A stretch of DNA of 64,000 nucleotides from Spirochaetales bacterium (GTDB taxonomy: Bacteria; Spirochaetota; Spirochaetia; JABEVK01). The DNA lies in the NCBI GenBank assembly GCA_037142615.1, contig JBAXAI010000012.1, forward strand, positions 34,066 through 98,065, read 5' to 3'. Numbering within the stretch: the stretch's first letter is position 1; each line of letters begins with the position of its first letter. Made by a program: the position numbers and the translations under genes. The notes under the pieces were generated by a model that worked only from the letters and a program-made list of their open reading frames with translations, had not been told where the DNA came from and did no database searches. This document shows positions 59,353-64,000 of the stretch, piece by piece.

Positions 59353-61821
59353 ATGCTCAACGCCGACACGAAACGACGCATCAACGCCTGCCGCGACATT
59401 CTGGTGGGCAAGGTGACCGACCCCAAGGCGCAGGTGGAGCAGATCACCATCGCGCTGATGTACAAGTTCATGAACGACATGGACCACGAGGTGCGCGACC
59501 TGGGCGGGGCGTCGTCGTTCTTCGCCGGCGAGTTTGCCACCTACAGCTGGGACCGCATCACCGACCCGCGGCTGGGCGGCGAGGAGCGCCTGCGCCTGTA
59601 CGCCGAGGGCATCGAGGCCGTGGTGAAAAACCCGGGCGTGCCCGAGCTGTTCCGCCAGATCTTCCGCAACGCGTACTTGCCCTACCGCGACCCTGAGACG
59701 TTCAACCTGTTCAGCCAGGAGATTTCGGGCTTTCGGTACGAGCACAGCGAAGACCTGGGCGACGCCTTTGAGTACCTACTCAGCGTGATGCAGAGCCAGG
59801 GCGACGCCGGCCAGTTCCGCACCCCGCGCCACATCATCGACTTCATGGTCGAGGTGGTGAAGCCCCAGCCCGGCGAGGCCATCCTCGACCCGGCCTGCGG
59901 CACGGCCGGGTTCCTCATCAGCGCGTACAAGCACATCGTGAAGCATCACCAACTGACCCCCGCACAGACCGAAGACCTGCACCGCAACGTGGAAGGCTAC
60001 GACATCAGCCCCGACATGGTTCGCCTAAGCCGTGTGAACCTGTACCTGCACCAGTTCGCCGACCCCCGCGTGGTGGAATACGACACCCTGACCAGCGAGG
60101 ACCGCTGGGGCCGCCGCTTCGACGTCATTCTGGCCAACCCGCCGTTCATGACGCCCAAGGGAGGCATCCGCCCGCACCGCAAGTTCAGCCTGGAGTCGAA
60201 CCGCAGCGAGGTGCTGTTTGTCGACTACATTGCCGAGCATCTGATGGCCGGGGGGCGGGCCGCCGTCATCGTGCCCGAAGGCATCATCTTCCAGTCGGGC
60301 AAGGCCTACCAACAGCTGCGCCGCATGCTGGTCGAAAGCAGCCTGTGGGCCGTGGTCAGCCTGCCCGCCGGAGTGTTCAACCCGTACAGCGGCGTCAAGA
60401 CGAGCATTCTGTTCCTGGACCGGGGAATCGCCGAAAAGGGAGCCCCGGTGCTGTTTGCCCAGGTGAAGGCCGACGGCTACGACCTGGGTGCCCAACGCCG
60501 CGCCGTGGCCGCCAACGACCTGCCCGCCGCGCTGGCCTTGCTGAACGACGCCCACACCCGCCTGAGCCGGGGAGAGGTTCCCGCCGACTTTCGCGACAGC
60601 CTGACTGACCACGCCCTGACTCACCTGTTTGTGCCCCGCGCCGTGCTGGCCGAAGGCGATGCCAACCTGAGCGGCGAACGCTACCGAGTCGCCGCCGCCA
60701 CCGGACCGAAGAAGTGGCCGATGGTGAAGCTGGGGGAGGTGTGTGACCTGCTTTCCGGACAACACATCGATACCGAGAAGTACAACTCGGAGGGTGTCGG
60801 TACTCCCTACCTTACTGGACCTGCGGACTTCGGGCCGACATACCCTCTCGTCTCGAAGTGGACCACCGAACCGAAAGTTCTGGCGAATGCGGGAGATATC
60901 CTAATCACGGTAAAGGGTTCTGGGGTTGGGAAGGTGAACCGGCTGAATCTCGATGCCACCTGCATAAGCCGACAGCTGATGGCAATTCGCCCACGGGAGA
61001 TCGAGGTTGGATTTCTATATGCACTGCTCCAGACGAAGTTCGAACATTTCCAGCTTGAGGGCGAGGGTGCTGCGATTCCGGGCCTTACTCGAGATGATGT
61101 GCTGTCACTCGAAATCCCTCTCCCCCCGCTCTCGGTGCAGCAGCAGATCGTGGCCGAAGTGGCCCGGTACCAGGCCGTGATCGACGGGGCACGACAGGTA
61201 GTGGACCACTGGAAGCCGAGCTTCGCCGTGGAACCCGAGTGGCCGGTGGTGAAGTTGGGGGAGGTGGCCATTAGGATCACCAAGGGCACCACGCCCACGA
61301 CTATGGGCTTCAAGTACCATGAATCCGGTGTTGCATTCGTGAAGATCGAAGCTCTATCCGAAACTGGGGAAATCGACAGGAAGAAGCTCTCGTTCGTCGG
61401 GACAGATTGCCACGAGGCATTTTCCAGGAGTCAACTTGCCACCGGCGATGTTCTTTTTTCCATCGCCGGGACAGAAATGGGTATCACCGCGATTGTCACC
61501 GAGGAGATTATTCCCGCCAATACGAATCAGGCCTTGGCTATCATCCGACTTGGGACCTTGTGTATGCCTCGTTACGCCTTGAACTTCCTTCGTTCACCGC
61601 GCCTAAAGTCCCAAATCGAAGGTCTGAAAACAGGTGTGGCCCAATTCAACCTATCACTTGCCCAGGTTTCAGAGTTGGAAATTCCCCTCCCTCCCCTCGA
61701 AGTCCAGCAACAAATCGTGCAACGCATCGAGGCCGAGCGCGAGCTGGTAGAAGCCAACAAGCGGCTGATCGAGCTGATGAAGGCCCGGATCGACGAGACC
61801 ATGGCGAGGGTGTGGGGATGA
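59353..61821 (+). CDS. hsdM: Fused type I methyltransferase-specificity subunit (HsdM-HsdS)
   Basis: [21 protein letters not shown]; two TRDs bounded by WPxVKLGEV and EIPLPPL. Confidence 0.9.
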   Translation: MLNADTKRRINACRDILVGKVTDPKAQVEQITIALMYKFMNDMDHEVRDLGGASSFFAGEFATYSWDRITDPRLGGEERLRLYAEGIEAVVKNPGVPELFRQIFRNAYLPYRDPETFNLFSQEISGFRYEHSEDLGDAFEYLLSVMQSQGDAGQFRTPRHIIDFMVEVVKPQPGEAILDPACGTAGFLISAYKHIVKHHQLTPAQTEDLHRNVEGYDISPDMVRLSRVNLYLHQFADPRVVEYDTLTSEDRWGRRFDVILANPPFMTPKGGIRPHRKFSLESNRSEVLFVDYIAEHLMAGGRAAVIVPEGIIFQSGKAYQQLRRMLVESSLWAVVSLPAGVFNPYSGVKTSILFLDRGIAEKGAPVLFAQVKADGYDLGAQRRAVAANDLPAALALLNDAHTRLSRGEVPADFRDSLTDHALTHLFVPRAVLAEGDANLSGERYRVAAATGPKKWPMVKLGEVCDLLSGQHIDTEKYNSEGVGTPYLTGPADFGPTYPLVSKWTTEPKVLANAGDILITVKGSGVGKVNRLNLDATCISRQLMAIRPREIEVGFLYALLQTKFEHFQLEGEGAAIPGLTRDDVLSLEIPLPPLSVQQQIVAEVARYQAVIDGARQVVDHWKPSFAVEPEWPVVKLGEVAIRITKGTTPTTMGFKYHESGVAFVKIEALSETGEIDRKKLSFVGTDCHEAFSRSQLATGDVLFSIAGTEMGITAIVTEEIIPANTNQALAIIRLGTLCMPRYALNFLRSPRLKSQIEGLKTGVAQFNLSLAQVSELEIPLPPLEVQQQIVQRIEAERELVEANKRLIELMKARIDETMARVWG

Positions 61822-62573
61822 TCGTCGACAACCGCGACGCGGTGGACCTCAGAGAGCTCCTTGAGGAGTACGGCGATCCCCATGACCTGGAAATCCTTCT
61901 GAAGAACGCCGGGGTCCAGCTTCCGTTCGGCGTCGGCACCTCGAAGCTTGGACTTGCGAACTATTTCCTTGAACGCCTGAACCGGGGAACGGTCGATGTC
62001 TTCCTGCTAGAATTCCTGTACCTCTGTGAGCAACGAGCGGGAGCTCGCATCGCGCGGACAGACTGGGATGTTCGTGACCATCATCGACAATTGCTTGACC
62101 TTTGCATCGCCCTCAGCACGAGGCTGACGGACGGCATGGCGCCGCGTGAACTTCACTCAGCCGAACGAAAACCCTTTACGGCTCGGTCTACGCTCCGTGA
62201 GCTGATCTCGACTGCCGAGACCGAGGTGTTTCTCGTCGACAACTACGTCGATCTAGCCACGCTGGACATTTTTCGCGAGTGTCACCATCCAATCAAACTA
62301 TTGACGGGACCAACCCCTAGAAACATACCCGAGAGTCTACGTGGCTCGATGAAGAGTTTCCGAGATGAGGGATTTCGTATTGAAGTCCGGACTTGTTCTG
62401 ACCTTCATGACCGGATTCTGTTTTTCAACGAAAAGGCCTGGCTATTGGGCTCCAGCATCAAGCACGCAGGGGTGAAGCAGCTCAACATGATCCAATTTGA
62501 GGCTCCCGAGATCGTCGAAAGTGTCATGAAAGAGGCCACCGAGAAATGGAACCTCGCGCAGGTTTGGGAATAG
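61818..62573 (+). CDS. Hypothetical protein with C-terminal PLD-like domain
   Basis: LVDNY, LHDRILF....WLLGSSIK; ATG overlaps the upstream stop. Confidence 0.65.
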   Translation: MIVDNRDAVDLRELLEEYGDPHDLEILLKNAGVQLPFGVGTSKLGLANYFLERLNRGTVDVFLLEFLYLCEQRAGARIARTDWDVRDHHRQLLDLCIALSTRLTDGMAPRELHSAERKPFTARSTLRELISTAETEVFLVDNYVDLATLDIFRECHHPIKLLTGPTPRNIPESLRGSMKSFRDEGFRIEVRTCSDLHDRILFFNEKAWLLGSSIKHAGVKQLNMIQFEAPEIVESVMKEATEKWNLAQVWE

Positions 62574-62736
62574 TGAGGGTTCTAGGCGCGCAAGCCGAAG
62601 GCGTCGCAGAGCCCGGTCATCATTTTGGAAAAGTGGGGCGTGATGGGAGAAGAGTCCGTGGGAGCGGGGTAGTCCACGTGGCAGAGGCAGCCTGCGCAGG
62701 CTTGACTTCGACGCAATTTCGGACGATATATTTGGC

Positions 62737-62949
62737 ATGAGTGACTTCCTGTTCGCCCGTCCTTCCGTACTGGAAGGCATCGGGAGAAACCTCGACCTGT
62801 TTGGCACGATGCAGATGTACAACGCTTCTGATACACCCGAACAGGCTGACACTTTGGCCTTCTTCGCCGACCTTGCTGCGCTCAAATCCGACGCTGCGGC
62901 GGCATATGCAGCACTGGTCAAGAACTATGAGTCGTCGCGGAAAGAGTAG
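62737..62949 (+). CDS. Small hypothetical protein (70 aa)
   Basis: TTGACT and an AT-rich -10-like sequence just upstream; overlaps the next gene. Confidence 0.55.
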   Translation: MSDFLFARPSVLEGIGRNLDLFGTMQMYNASDTPEQADTLAFFADLAALKSDAAAAYAALVKNYESSRKE

Positions 62950-63394
62950 TGGTCAGCTTTCCCACACCGCGGGAAACTCTCCAGATCAGCACACCATGCA
63001 GAAGGTCCCTGCGGGGCAGTTAGCTTTTGCCGCATCACAAAATGTGCGGATCAGCCCGTTTCCTCCGCCGGCAGAAATGCAGGTCTACGAGCATTTGGCA
63101 CCTGGGTTCACGGCCGAGTTCCTCGGAACCTACAAGAGTCAGGTGGAACATCGACAAAAGCTGGAGACTCTCGCGATCACGGGAGACAATACTCGAGCAA
63201 ATCGTGCTCAGATCTTGTCATTCATCTTGGCAATTGTTTTCGGAATATTGGGGTTCTCGCTCATTTTGTTGGGTCGGGACGTTATCGGCTACGCTACATT
63301 GCTGGGCGCAATCGGCTCACTTCTACTCGCGTTCTTTGGGGGAACGTTCATGCGCTACCTTGAGCGAAGAGGAAAGGCTCGCCAGTCTCAGTAG
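62927..63394 (+). CDS. DUF2335-like two-TM membrane protein
   Basis: PFPPPAEMQVYE..PG...QVEHRQKLE followed by two TM helices; start uncertain. Confidence 0.72.
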   Translation: MSRRGKSSGQLSHTAGNSPDQHTMQKVPAGQLAFAASQNVRISPFPPPAEMQVYEHLAPGFTAEFLGTYKSQVEHRQKLETLAITGDNTRANRAQILSFILAIVFGILGFSLILLGRDVIGYATLLGAIGSLLLAFFGGTFMRYLERRGKARQSQ

Positions 63395-63637
63395 CGGCTA
63401 CTCGGCTTGGATTTCCGAAAAAAACCGATTACCCCTGCACGCTTCACCGGGGCATAAAAAAAGTCCCATCGGAGGCTAGGTGATGTTGCCATCACACAAG
63501 GCACGTGGCCTACGTTCACCGTCCCGGGACTTGTCTTTCAGTATGACACCACGGTGCCATTGGTCAATCACCCATTCTGGATCCGGGGGTCTTAGGGGGG
63601 CGTAAGCGCGAAAGCGCGTCGCCACGCCCCCTAGGCC

Positions 63638-63692
63638 GGGGGTAGCGCAAGAACAACCAGACCGTCGGGCTGGTTTTCTGGAGCGCAGGGGG
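63638..63692 (+). repeat. Hairpin element family A, copy 3
   Basis: GGGGGTAGCGC-AA-GAA-C-AACCAG..CTGGTT-TTC-TGGA-GCGCAGGGGG. Confidence 0.8.
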
Positions 63693-63718
63693 CTTGGCAC
63701 CCTCACTGATCTAGGAAT

Positions 63719-63773
63719 GTTACCACATTGGTAACTCAATAATATTGACTCAAGCGGTAACTCATCCTATCCT
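63719..63773 (+). promoter_or_regulatory. higB promoter and putative antitoxin operator
   Basis: GTTACCA-cat-TGGTAAC palindrome; TTGACT (63745), 17 nt, TATCCT (63768); GGTAACTCA occurs twice. Confidence 0.7.
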
Positions 63774-63781
63774 GAACTTGG

Positions 63782-64000
63782 ATGAGGATAATCTCCCGAA
63801 AAGCCCCCAAAGACTTTTATGAGACACTCATCCCGATGCCGAACAGCCCCTGTTGGCGTGGTACCGTGAAGCGAAGGATGCCGACTGGAACAACCCAGCC
63901 GACATCAAGGCCAAGTTTGGGTCGGCGAGCGTACTCAAGGACAAGATTGTGATTTTCAACATTGGTGGCAACAAGTACCGCTTGGTGGTGCGAGTTTTCT
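63782..64000 (+). pseudogene. higB: Frameshifted HigB toxin (runs off the window edge)
   Basis: MRIISRK..DFYE in one frame; HPDAEQPLLAWY..ADW..PADIK..FNIGGNKYRLVV in another; extra AC at 63824-63827. Confidence 0.82.

Noticed and set aside
62546-62740. 64-aa ORF between the PLD-like gene and the 70-aa gene
   Set aside because: It has no recognisable motif and overlaps both the upstream gene and the downstream promoter.
44008-64000. Prophage, ICE or integron
   Set aside because: No integrase, relaxase, phage structural gene or canonical attC pattern was recognised in the window.

Overview
GC-rich bacterial chromosome segment, probably from a free-living spirochaete (inferred from an Msp-like outer-membrane protein and Rpn/PD-(D/E)XK genes; taxonomy not verifiable here). 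1-14.7 kb is a minus-strand carbohydrate cluster (galT-galK-galE, ABC-2 transporter, GH2, GH36, shikimate kinase, hydrolase, phosphatase, pullulanase-type enzyme); a LacI-type palindrome sits at both the galT promoter and the LacI gene. 14.9-31 kb holds housekeeping genes. 31-37.3 kb is a two-component locus: four promoters share an 11-bp-periodic TT(G/A)A(C/A)C box, and it also contains a candidate sRNA, an 11 x 52-bp hairpin array and a 125-bp palindrome. After typA (42.2-44.0 kb) come two tandem defence cassettes separated by a diverged copy of the typA 3' third, with no integrase visible. Cassette 1 is a DUF499-DUF3780-DUF1156-PLD/SNF2 restriction-like system with an inserted ATPase/nuclease pair and an amber-interrupted methylase. 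Cassette 2 is a type I RM system (HsdR plus fused HsdM-S) interrupted by an NYN RNase gene with its own promoter-hairpin-terminator leader. Each cassette is bracketed by an inverted pair of a covarying hairpin element. A frameshifted higB ends the window. All family calls are from motif recognition by eye; no searches were run.
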